From contig MCFE01000492.1 in assembly GCA_002104905.1 (NCBI GenBank), positions 2,830 through 66,829 on the forward strand: a stretch of DNA of 64,000 nt. Reading direction: 5' to 3'. The notes beneath the pieces are model-generated. The model saw nothing but the letters and a program-made list of their open reading frames with translations, searched no databases and was not told the DNA's origin. Below are positions 13,501 through 25,526 of the stretch, piece after piece. Made by a program: the position numbers and the translations under genes. This stretch comes from Basidiobolus meristosporus CBS 931.73. Taxonomy: Eukaryota; Fungi; Basidiobolomycota. Position 1 is the stretch's first letter. Each line of letters starts with the position of its first letter.

Positions 13501-14827
13501 ATGAAATCCTCCAAATGTTCAAAAACACACAGAATGCCGCCCCTTTTTCTCGCGGCATTTATACTATTTGCTGCCATAGGAAGAGACTCCGTTTTGGTGA
13601 CCGCTGCTAGTCCTGGTAAAGGCTTATTCTGTTCCATTTTGATTTTCGTAGACTCAATGGTTTCCCTCCTTACAGCAGATCAAATCAACCAAGCCTGCAA
13701 TGCGAATATATACTGCTTACCCACCGCAGGGGAGGTTTGGGGGCAGCAGCAAAACTACTTTGTTCAATGGAACTACAACTATCCTACGTTCGCCACCACA
13801 GGACGTGTTAATATCCGACTATTCAACAACCAATCGACGACCCCAGTCTACCAATTACCTTCCTACGAGAATGCCGAGGGGCTCTTGATTATCAACACCA
13901 TTCAATCGAGTTGGTTTTTGGGCAACCAAACGGTGCAATATTTCTACTTCCTCATCACCGGTTCTGAGGATCCTCCTTCTATAGCTGAGAATGGGCCTAT
14001 TTTTTTGATACAAAGTTTGTTGTCTAGCTGACGCCCTCAACTTCTCTGACCAATCTTTGTAACCACCTATGTCTATCTTCAGGTCCACCACCAACCTCAA
14101 CGTCATCCACCGCTACTGCCACTGCCACTGCCACGCCCACGCGCACGCCTACAAGTACTCCTTTGGCATCTGCAACTACTACACCAGGACACAGTGGTCC
14201 CAACAATGACGAGTCCAGCGGGCTTTCGGTTGGTGCGATTTGTGGAATTGCTGTTGGCAGCGTTTTGTTTGTTACTACCATTGCTTGATATCCTTTTTTT
14301 TCATTGAACCCAAGTACACTTCAACCACATTTAATGCTAATCCTTAACTGCTTTCTACCCTCATCTATTTCATTAGACGTAAGAGAGGTGGTCACAAGCA
14401 AGGGTACGATTTCCAACTGGAGTCCGAGTCTGGATCCGGCGTCAACGGATATGCCGCATTGGGCCCAACGAATCTAGGCACTGCTCGTGACAACACCTCC
14501 AATAGTGACGCTGACTCAACACTACCCATGACCGAAAGCCTAAGTCCAGGCAAACGAAGCTCTCTCTGTCTAACCGTCAAAGATGCACAGGAACTCGCCC
14601 ACGCATACCGGAAAATGCTCACGAACAAGGACGCCACCGAAGAGACCCCGCAGACTACCCAGCAGCGCAGTTTATACAGCGACGAGTTGCTTCGCAGAGA
14701 ATTGGCCGCCGACGGACATGGCGTCAAGAACGTATCCACCACACCAGCCATTGTGGTGGTGGATGATCAGGTGAACGGGCATGGTATGACGGCGGATCCC
14801 TCGGAGCCCGACTCAACCACTCCTTAG
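13501..14827 (+). CDS. Type I single-pass membrane protein: signal peptide, beta-rich ectodomain, Ser/Thr stalk, TM helix and cytoplasmic tail
   Basis: Hydrophobic N-terminus (LFLAAFILFAAI), ectodomain CLPTAGEVW...FVQWNYNYP, T/A/P-rich stalk at 14080-14190, TM AICGIAVGSVLFVTT and a basic stop-transfer segment RKRGG, with GT-AG introns between these blocks. Confidence 0.8.
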
Positions 14828-17019
14828 ATGAGACAACCCCGACTGGCCCAAAATTTATTTAATCCCTAAACTCTTGTATACCGCGCCTGGTGGACTTCCC
14901 TCTAAGAATTGTCGTAGGTGTGGACCCTCATGTATGATACATCTTTGTCCCTAATACCTTCACTTATCCAAATGTAAGTAAAAACCCTCATGGGTGTCTG
15001 TGTGGTACGCCCCACGGCACATCTCTCATCTCTATTCATATCTCTATACCTACCCTTCCAATCCCCATCCCACTCTCATTCCCATCTAGTATACTATACT
15101 CCCTCGAAAGCTCCCCTTTATTCCCAGGAGGCGGGAATCGCCCTTTGTTCCAAACACGTCCCAAGTGATCCAACCACGACGCAGCCGATCCGTTTCAATA
15201 TAATCTAATAAATGAATGCAATCAGCCAATACGGTTGGCGGCTATTCCTGTCAAAGGGAAGAGGGGGTTGGGAGTGCCCCAATTTGGGTAGCCTCGAAAA
15301 CACTGTGTGGGCTATAAATAGTTCGTACTTCTTCTGAAGGGCCTTTCCTGGTGGTTTCATCACTTGGCACTCCCCGTGTTCCGTATGTTCTAGTGGTGCT
15401 CATTAGTGATGGGTTGGGTGCCCCCTCACACACACATTCCGGTAGCCAATACCCGGCAGACCTCGCGCGATGCCAAAGACCTATCCCACATAGTTATTCC
15501 ATCCACATCAGCTGGCCGATTCAGAATGGTTTCGACTTTGGCTGGCAACAGAATTGGTGTCCTTCCTGAGCCCCCGAAAAGGGATCATTCCTAAATCGGT
15601 AAAGCCACACTGTCTCCCTATACATCTCATTATCTGGATATTGCTCCGTAGTGGCCCTGAGATTTCCAAATCGGGTTTAAATGCGTCTTCACACTCCACC
15701 CAGCACGCACCGACACATTACAATATCCGGACTGTATTCCGTGGAATTAGTACTGGGAAAGCAAGCTTTGAAATAGCCAGTGTCTCTCTGGACCCAGGTA
15801 ACTATGAAGCCATGCGGTACTCTAAGTTACTGTTCTGGTTGGATTAGCTTCCTAGATGACTTGATATCAGGAGCGTGTGTGGGAATAAGTGTAATCACTT
15901 CACACATCTATAGCTCCAAGATAACGCCACCAACTGTAGAGCTTTAGGTACCGGCGTTGGTTCAGGTGATGAGAGGCCGGTGATGGCTACCAGAAAGCTA
16001 GCCGGTCCTCCAGGTTCTGGATCCTTTCCGCCTCCACAATTGTGAATGGTTGTGGCACACAAGTATGAAAAGACTTGGGGCATGAGCTGACCTAAGGAGA
16101 GTGGTCTTCAGGAATCACACTTTATTGTGCGAAGTATGGCAAATATTTTGTTTTGACTTTAATCAGATGTGTATCATCATCTGACACCAGTAAGATCCCC
16201 GATATCCAACCCAAAGCTTCCCCAAGCCATCCAAGAATCTGCAAACCATGCAACCAGCTTTCCATAGCCTTGCCGACCGCCTTCCAATCCAATAGTGGTG
16301 TACCAAGTGGATGATCTGACCATTTCTACTTCACGAATCGGCAGGTGAAAGCCATCCGGCTCCTGAATCCCTTGGATCACCTCCGATCTCTCACCTCTAC
16401 TTACGGCAGAAGATGGATTCCACAGATATTCCCCGAAATATTTTGTATACGTTGGAATTCCATTTAGATTTGGAATTGATTCTGTAACATCTCCCAATTG
16501 TGTAGGCGCCGAAAAATGATCCTAGTCAATGAATTCTTTTCGGTCATAATACATCGGTCATGAATGATCAGATGATATGCTACTTGGTACCTACAACCCT
16601 AACTCAATGGCTATTCTACTTTGGTGAAATCCTAACTGTGCCGCGAGCGGTATCTTGTTCTTGAGCATTTTTCATCCTCGTCGTGAGTTTGCCGTTGCAA
16701 GGAATTGATGCAAAGATCTGGCACTTGCAAATATACTTAATGGATGCTAGTGAGTGGTTATAGCTGCTAGTATTACACTAAATAGCCCATTGGTTACCAG
16801 GATTCACTTCTCACATGATTTTCAGCTGAGATATTGCTGGTTATGAAGAATTCCTGAGGCGCTTCGAAAATGAAATCACCTTGAGTTCTCTACCAGCTCC
16901 AGAATTTGCTCAGTGTTCTGTTGAAAGTTGACCAGGCGATTTAGAAGTGGTTTTGATAACTTCCAGGACTTCACTAGTTGACAGATTTTCGTAGATCCCA
17001 GTCTGTGAGCTTTGTTATT

Positions 17020-17277
17020 TGGAACCAAATTCCCTTTAGGAATATTTCACCAAAACATCAGGTACCCAGAACATGAAAGTTCTCAAAGTTGTCCAAACAG
17101 CCCCAAACCTTACAAATATGCTCTTGGGACCTTTCTTAACATATTCTATGTGTTTGTTATGCCAAGACCATGTAAAAGTATAAACACTACTTTCACATTC
17201 AATGAATCATTAAGTGAGAACTACATAATCTACTTGTTCTCCCAATCACTTCCAATATCTCCAAGACTCTTACAACA
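17020..17277 (+). mobile_element. Copia-family LTR (5'-truncated, solo)
   Basis: Aligns by eye closely with 54381-54642 and more loosely with 55211-55557. It has a TATA-like gtataaa and an aatgaa/aataaa signal and ends ...ctcttacaaca. A second LTR 3'-end fragment ends near 17336. Confidence 0.8.
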
Positions 17278-17699
17278 AAAACCACATGATAATACGCTCA
17301 CCTGATTACTTCCAATATCTCAAAACTCTGACAACACTTTTTAGCTTATCGCAAAACTATATATTATTGATCTAAGATGCAGTTTGTGAGATAATAGCTA
17401 ATTCCTAAATTTATTGAAGGCTTAGAAGTTATTGATCTTTCAAATTCCTCCAAAAGCCCCCAAACCTTACTCACGGCTTCCTAAGTCCTTTCACAAGATA
17501 ATCCTACAACTAGCTTTAGGAAGTCTCTCTAAGAGTATAAGTACCTTACTTGAGCTAAAAAATAATAGGTCAATAGTTCATGTCATATTGTCATATTATC
17601 ATTTTTTACCCAAAGTTTGGTTAGTAAGATATTAGCTAGTTCGGACAATTATTAAAGACCTAGACGTTATCATATTTCTGAAAGCTTGTCTAAAAGCTC

Positions 17700-18290
17700 C
17701 TTGATTATTGCACACCACTTCCTGGTACCTTTCTTACATTGTCCTTGTCACTGGCTCTACAAAGCTCTTTCAGAAATACATATCTATTTATACCACGTAC
17801 TGAGACCTTTCTTAAAGCTTTCTTACCACTGATGCCAAGAAGTTCAACTAAGATTATATATATTACTTGAGCACAATAAAGCAACAGGTAAATACTATGC
17901 AATTTCTCTAGCTCTTTAGTTACTTTCAGTACTCCAAATAATTTGAATTTTGTGGTTACACCGAGATATTCTATTAACTTGGCTACTTTGTTCATTGCCT
18001 ATTAGTCTTGGAATATCTTGCCCAAATTCTTTGTTGCGATTTACTTGGAATGCTTTACCAAATGACCAGGTACCGAGAACATGAGAATCTTCAGACTTAT
18101 TCAAAGGTCATGAAGCTTTGCACACATACTCTTGGTGGTGCAAGATTCTAGGAGCTATTGGAAGTAGCTTGGAGAACTAGAAAAATTGAATAATATCTGT
18201 TGCTTTATTGAGCTCATGTAAGGTATATATACTTTGAGGGGAGTTTTGTGGTATTAATGCTAAGAAAGCTTTAAGAAAGGTCTCAAGTAT
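17700..18290. mobile_element. Cluster of older LTR fragments of the same or a related family, in both orientations
   Basis: About 17950-18110 (+) matches the LTR 5' half (gatttacttggaa...accaggtacc.agaacatga). About 17790-17940 (+) and 18130-18290 (-) are diverged copies of each other in inverted orientation (tgagacctttcttaaagctttctta shared). Confidence 0.65.
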
Positions 18291-19321
18291 GACACAAGCT
18301 AGAGGGCGCCTACTTTCTGTCACATTCGGCATGCACACTGGTAAACAGTGTAATCCTATGAGATATCAAACCACTGGCTCTAGCCTTGTTGGTAATAAGC
18401 AAGAAGGGGGAGATGTAACCCAACCTACGGAATAGCAGACAAAATGCCCATTCTGCTCACAATTCATGCCTGAGGAGCGCTGGTTCCTAAGGCATCAGTG
18501 GGTTGCACAACTCCGGTGCAACCTCAACCTAAAATTACCCGAACAGGGTTATCTTGTGGGACACCAGTGATTCAGGCTACTCTTGGTGCATTCCACCACA
18601 CCAACTATCCAGTTGTTGGCAACCAACATTCAACGTGGTTTGACTAGATGACTCCGTCTATAGTGACACTCCCCGGTGCCACCCAAATCTTGAAGAGGGT
18701 CGAGGTGAGAGAATCCTTTCCATATACGGAGGTTGAATGGCTGTCGGAGATCTTTGGAAGCAAGTGTCGCTCAAGCAAGAAGGGCCCCCGTAGTTCACCA
18801 CCGATCGGACGTATGGTTAATCCCGCCCTGCTGATTAGTCGGCTCAGTTTGACGGGATTCGTAAATAGTAGGAGTCTTGGCTGGGTTCACTGATCCGGCA
18901 GGAGGTTCATTGATGATCTTACGAAGGATCATTACAGCCGGTGTATTGGTTGCTGCTTCGTTAAACATCAAATTGGGGAAACCACATCAACCAGGATAAC
19001 GGGACTCATCAGCAATTGCTGGTTTCAGGATCTGGCATCCATTTCCAGGATTCAGCTCTCGTCGTATGTATTAGTGCCAGTCAGCAAGACACTGGATGCA
19101 ATGATGTGTACCATCGAACCGGATTCCCAAGTGCACATATGGCCTCTCGAGCTTTTGTCGTAGCCAATGCTCGTCGGCGGTGGTTTTTGGGGAATGTATA
19201 TCAGAGAGCGTGTCAAGGATTAGTAATTCATTGGCCTGGTAACGTTACTTGCCATGGAGCCCTCGGCGTATAAAGACCCCTCACCATGAATCAAACCATC
19301 ATTCGAAAGCACATCTCTGCA

Positions 19322-21669
19322 ATGAAATTCATCGTCGCTTTATCAGCCCTACTTAGCTCTTCAAGCTTGGTGCTTGGTAAGGCTGTATTTGTTCGCGATA
19401 TCGGGAACCTCTTCTAACGTTTCCACATAGGTCAACCTATCAACGATGGTGCAGACTCTTACATCACTGACATTGCGCTTAAGGCGTGCGATAACACTTC
19501 CTGCGAGCTTCCCACACCCTGGCACCGGATCCCTTTGGACCTGAACAAAGGAGCAGGAGGGAAATACGTGTATCTTCACTACCGCAAGGATCCTGGTGCT
19601 AAGCCTGTCACCAGCATCGTCTTATTGAAGGACACGGATGCAGTTCCTTCTGGCTACCAGAAGGTAGACGTGAACATTAACGAAGGAACCTCAAAACCAA
19701 AGAGATATTTAGCGTACACCAACACTCTCACTACTAGCGCGCCCATTCAGGATCTCCTGGTTAAGCTCGGGACATCCCCTCATGCCTTGGACGGATACCG
19801 CAGTTACGACTTCAACATGAACGAAGGCGCAGGTAAACAGCTGGGTGGGAGTACTTCTTGTGTGTAGGCCAGCTAACAGCTTCCCAAACAACTAGGTGAA
19901 AAGGCCACCCTCTTCTACCAGCCCAAAGTTGATGAAGGTTTGTTCGTAGGAAACTTAATTCTCTTCTTATGAAGTTACTCACGTTCAACTTGTGAAAATG
20001 CAGTGCCCATCTCAGATATCGTCGTGGAGCTATGTGATTCCGCCAACTGTGTCAAACCGGGCTGGATAAAGTCTGACCATGACCTGAACATCAATGCAGG
20101 CGGGAAATACGTGTACCTTTTTTACAAGCAAGAGAAGAGCCCCAATTATGTCACCGACATCACTGCCTCGACCCAGACCACCATTTCAGGCTATGAACGG
20201 CTAACTGCCGATGTAAATGCCGGCACCAAGGGTCAACCGGTCTACCTGTTCTACAAGAAAGGCACCGACCAACCGATTTACTCCGTTACCTTCGAGAGTG
20301 GTAAAGACCTGGTGGACCCATTCGGCTACATTAAGGTGAACCAGGACCTGAATGTAGGCACTGGTGCCGATGAAGTCTACCTTTACTACCGCAACAAGCC
20401 TCTTCGTAAGTAATTGTTTGGAAGATCTAGCAAAACCAATCATCACTAAACTACCCCATCAGAGCTTCCACAGACACCTCAATTGAAATTCCACGACGAC
20501 GGGTCATTCAAGATCCTTCAATTGGCCGACCTGCATATGACCAGCCACAGAAGTGGGTGCTACGACGTCCCTACAACCGGAGAGGTATGAATCACTTGTG
20601 GTGCCCATCGACCAACCTATCTAACGACTCGTGTTTAGTGGAAGAGCTGCACCAACTTGAAGACCTTGGAATTCGCTGAACGGATGATCAAGACCGAGAG
20701 CCCGGATGTGATCGTTTTCACTGGAGACAACGTGATGGGCTCCCGTGACCCCAGAGCCAGCGTTTTGAAGTATGCCAACCTTGCCGCGAAGCATGGCATC
20801 CCTTGGGTAATCTCGAGATTTTGAGCTTGGATCCATGGAAAGTATTGACCATGTATCCATCCAACGGTAGGCTTTCGTTCACGGCAACCACGACGACGAA
20901 GGGGATTTGTCCCGTCTGGAGCTCACCCAAGCCGCACTCTCAGTTCCTTACAATCTGGGGCGTAACGGCCCCTATAGCCTGTTTGGATCTGGCAATTACT
21001 TTGCCCAAGTCCTTGACAAAAAGTAGGGATCACTCACCTGCGGTTATTGCGGATCTCGATACTGACGAAAGATTTCCTATCCCAGCTCACAGCCAGCGTT
21101 CACCTTCTACTTCGTTGACTCCGGTGCGTACAACATCAATGGTGCGGGCTACGATTACATCAAGGATAATCAGGTCAACTGGTTCAAGGACACCACTAAG
21201 CAGCTTGTAAACTCCCAAGGGGCTAAACCAAACGCAATCGCCTTCTGGCATATTCCAACCACCGAATACATCGAAGTCAGCAAGGTACCGGAGAAACAGG
21301 TGGGAGATAAGCAAGAGAATGTGGCAAGCTCCAACGTGAAATCCCCCTGGGTTGACGCGCTTCGTGAATGTAAGTGGTTGCCTACGTGATGCATCACCGA
21401 AGAAAAGCTAATCCTCATATCTACCAGCGGGCGATGTTCGAATGACTATCGTGGGACACGATCACGTCAACGACTACTGCTTCCCATATGGAACATTGCA
21501 ATTATGCTACGGTGGTGGTGCAGGCTATGGAACATATGGTGCTACCAGCAAGGGGTGGGATCGCCGCTCACGAGTGATCCAACTCTCCAACTTCGGGCAA
21601 AACATCAAGACCTGGAAGCGTAAGGACGATGCTGCATTGACTGCTTTCAACGAGCAAGTCATCGTTTGA
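19322..21669 (+). CDS. Secreted Dcr2/PAP-type calcineurin-like metallophosphoesterase with two tandem MABP beta-prism domains (six repeats), multi-exon
   Basis: Signal peptide MKFIVALSALLSSSSLVLG, then six repeats of the PITDI...DLNxGxGGxYVYLxY type. An intron at about 20406-20462 splices in frame into PQLKFHDDGSFKILQLADLHM. Metal-binding motifs DLH, TGDN, GNHD, WHIP and GHDH are all intact. Confidence 0.88.
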
Positions 21670-22355
21670 GCAGACATCATTAGGATTTAGTTACCTAGGC
21701 CAACATTTATATTAGCGCCTCATCTAATTTGGGGTTGACTGACAGAGAATCTATCTAGATTTCATAACCTTAGCATTGCAAGTTGATAATAAACAAGCCA
21801 TTAGCGGGGAGGCTTATAACTTCACCAGACCCCCTAATAACCAAGCCATACCAGTTGGAGTGTGCAAACCCAGCACGATGCAAAGAGAATAGAATCGGGG
21901 TTTGTTGGCTACAATCCTTAGGGCAGCCATAAAGTTTGGTTCAAGGAGTGTAGGTCTTCCCAGCCACCTTCGATACCCATTATATATCGTCCAATCACGA
22001 GAGACTGCGAGTGAAGCCATCTTCTATATCTGAAGATAGCAGGTATGGGAATAAAGTATCATTTGACTGACGGATTCAATTGAGCAAGGTGCAGTCTGGT
22101 GGATGTGGGCAGGACCAGGAGAGACAAGTGATTGTCATATATTTAGTGTATATTTTGGAGATAATTCCGAGTTCAAAAAGATGCTTTCATTATGTATTAT
22201 CCCATAACAGATGGACTAATATGTTGCTGTGGATTGAAGTAATTAAAGATGCATGTGGGTCAGGGAGGGGTTATCTAACCTAAAGATGAATGTTATGCTC
22301 CGATTCAATGAGGGGGGAATCAGCTTGCCCTGAGGGCGAGTCATGAATGTGATGC

Positions 22356-24203
22356 TTAGGTACTGACGAGCCCAAGATTCCGCTTACAAGCTTCATAAAC
22401 CACGTAGGAAATACTCACCGCCGGTACAACCTTCAAAGATATCAGTTAGTTGGGCAAATCGGGCTATTCGATGCACTTCCCGGTGGACTTACTTTGGTGA
22501 GTGTTGGAACTAGGCCTTTGTAAAATCCTCGGATGGTTTCACGTTCGTAAGTAGTCCGGATCACATCAAATGCGCCAGTGTATGTGTGGGGATGGCCGGG
22601 AGTGCCCTGTGCTTGTAATCTATCAAAACAATAAGAATCACTGAGGCTGAGTGATCCTACCCCCAATTCGACAACGTTACCTTGTTCTAATTAAAGACAG
22701 CGGATAAACCATGGTCGCTCCGACTGTACCCGACACCATGCCACACCCTAGCAAGACCATAACATTCGGCTCCTGGCAAGGGTTTCCATTGTTTCGCGTG
22801 TAGCGAATGTAGGAGTGCTTCAGTGATTCGAATACAGAAAGATCGATCGCAGCGAAAGGGAAAACGCCGACAAGCGCGGGGAAGAGGCCCTTGAAAAATG
22901 CGCGCATGCCTTCTTGCTTCCACATCGCCTTTGCGGTAGGGATTAGAATACTGTTGCTACCAGAGCTGTTGGCTATCCCCGACGAGCTCATAACACGTGT
23001 CTTGAGAATCTCCAACGGGTAGATGGATGTTTGGGATGCTAGACCTGCAAACCCACCGGCGAGAAACCTCCCGCTAATGCCCAGGTCCTCCCCATCTTCA
23101 AAACCAAACATCGATCTAACAATCAGCTTGCAATTCTCATAGGCATAGAATTTCACGGCAGACTCTGGGGCGATCTTGACGATGTTCAGTCCATTGCCAC
23201 GGAAAAAATTGGCCACCCCCCCTGATTGGTAAAGATGGCGAACAGCAGTATTGAGAGTCAGGCCACTCTGCTTTCCAGTGTGTGTTTGAGTCTGCAGGTA
23301 TACTTTTAGACGATCCAATGGAGCTGTCACCGTTCGACTGATAGCGCCGGCCACTGCGCCGGCCAATAAGAAGAAGAACATCGAACGTTGTGACGATTTT
23401 GTCCCTTCCGATATAACCAGTTCGCCGTCACTCGTCATTTGAGCAGAGTCAACATAGTGATCATATATGTGGGAGATGGTATGCACATGAGGAACGAACT
23501 ACGTGAGGGGCAAAGGCTGGGCTTAGCTCTGAACAATGCGCTAGTAGACGAAGCCACTGCGCAAGAATATATTGAAATAAAGGAAATTACCAGAAGGAAA
23601 TCTCTCCACTCTTCAAAATCGACAAAACCATCGGATTTGTAATCTATATAAGATATGAAGTCCTCGAGCTCATCTTCACACAACTCGATCCCTTGTGTTG
23701 AGAATAGAGTTTAGCTTGGTCTGTCCCCCCGAGTAGGCGCGAAATGAACTCGAGTGGGCGTTACTCAGCCCAACCCGCCACTTACCGGCCGATTTAAGAT
23801 GAGCGTGAAGTTCTTCAGGTAGCACAGAGTGGTCTTTCGAATCGGATATATTTTTGAAGAGTTTCCAAAGTTGAGCTTCGCGGTGATCTATGAAATATTT
23901 AAAATCCGCATAATCCACCACTCCATCCTTATTTCGATCCAAAGCCTCAAATATCTCAGATGCGAAATTCCTGTGAAGTAGAGGGGTGTATTCTATCACA
24001 CCTTGCTCTATATCTTCGATGCTTAATGTCCCTTTGCTCCGCTTATCAAAATGGCTGAATGTATTCTGTATACGGGCTTCACGTTGCTGTGGAGTCTCAT
24101 GGGAAAAAGGGGAGTCGAGTGGTTGTTCCCTGATAGTTACAGGCTCAGCAGCTTTGGAGGAATTGTGCGGAGTAAGTGTGGTTGCCATGTGTCTAGTGTT
24201 CAA
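22356..24203 (-). CDS. SAL1: Calcium-binding mitochondrial ATP-Mg/Pi carrier (SCaMC/Sal1), multi-exon
   Basis: N-terminal EF-hands (DRNKDGVVDYADF; DYKSDGFVDFEEW) followed by carrier repeats with PLDRLKV and PLEILKTR motifs and GNGLNIVKIAPESAVKF; last exon VVPAVSISYVVYE...*. Confidence 0.93.
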
Positions 24204-25526
24204 AAGTCAGGGCAGCAGAAGTGGGGGATGTATGAATATGCGGAATCTAGGTCTATTTGCAAACAATCAATAATGAAGTGGGGCTACTGAAAAACGGACT
24301 CAACGTGAAGGCGAAAAAAGGCCAAAAAACTTTGGTCTTTGGAGAAAAGAAACACCATTTTAGCTACGAATTCGGAAAACATCTTTTTATTCATTCTAAT
24401 CTAATGGACCAATACCCACTGCCAGATTTGGACATAGGGTATCGGGTTGGATTGGAATCATGGATGTTCTCCGCCTTTCTTTTTCCCCTTCCCTCCTTGC
24501 CATGCCCCCACACAGATCTTTTTCTGAAATTTGCAAGCGCTAACAAATCAGATCGCTCAATCTGCGTTCAGCAATTTGGAAGATTTAATTGTTGATTAAT
24601 CAATTGGCCATCTACTGGCTACGTGCTATCATGAGTTTAACCGATTGGAATAAAAACAAGCATGAACTTCTGACTGGCTTAGAGGTAGCTTTGCACCAGA
24701 ATTAATGCCGAGCCAGCTACCGAGAAGTGGCGTCACTCCACCGTTCCTCTAGCTCTTGTCCTGAGAGAGTCATGACCCTCGGAGGCTTAAGCGGGAGTCA
24801 TATGGGTACCTTGCTCTCTAATTAGCAGAACAAGGCGGAATGGGCCTTCGGCAGCATCCTTTCTGACACCACACTACGGATATGGCTATGTTCCCCACAT
24901 CTTGTCTAGCCACCTGCTGATTGCTTCTGCACGGATTTCTTGAGATGGTTGATGGATGAAATGCGTCGTAATGGCCGGGTAATGATGCAGGTAATAAGGG
25001 CATTGGAGTAATGCTGGATCATTTTGGGGGGAATTTCACTGGATTCTTATTTAGTTGTCTGTGAAACGGCAATTTTCCCATTCCACTTTTTTTAAAACAG
25101 TCCCCTCCGCTCTTGAACTACCGCCCTCTGGAACACTTGTTCCCATAGACATCTCTCCTAGACCAGCAATCCCTCGCTGTTTGGGTTTACTGTTACTTAG
25201 GATAGCCAGCTCTTCTTTCTTCCACCACTGCAACCAGATCCCTCCAGTGCACATCTCCACAGGAGCCCTAATCTATCCTCACGTCTAAAGAGGCTTCACC
25301 CACTTGTGTCAGCTAAGGAGCAGCCCACTTTTTCTGAGGATAAGAATTCCCACGCCTGAGCAGGCGTACGAGTGTTGAACATCTGCCACGCTTTGAAGCG
25401 ATATTGATTCGAGCTCTCCAGGTCGGCTCACAGGACATATCGACACAACCCCGGTATCTTCCCCTCGGGCGAACTTCGGCCAATATCTTGGTCCAACCGC
25501 CTTGTTGATTTCACGTTGGGAAATTT

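Noticed and set aside
17012-17305. Similar ORFs at 17012, 54266 and 55203 suggesting a small protein family
   Set aside because: They are chance translations of the Copia LTR repeat, which ends in CAACA and precedes PBS and gag.
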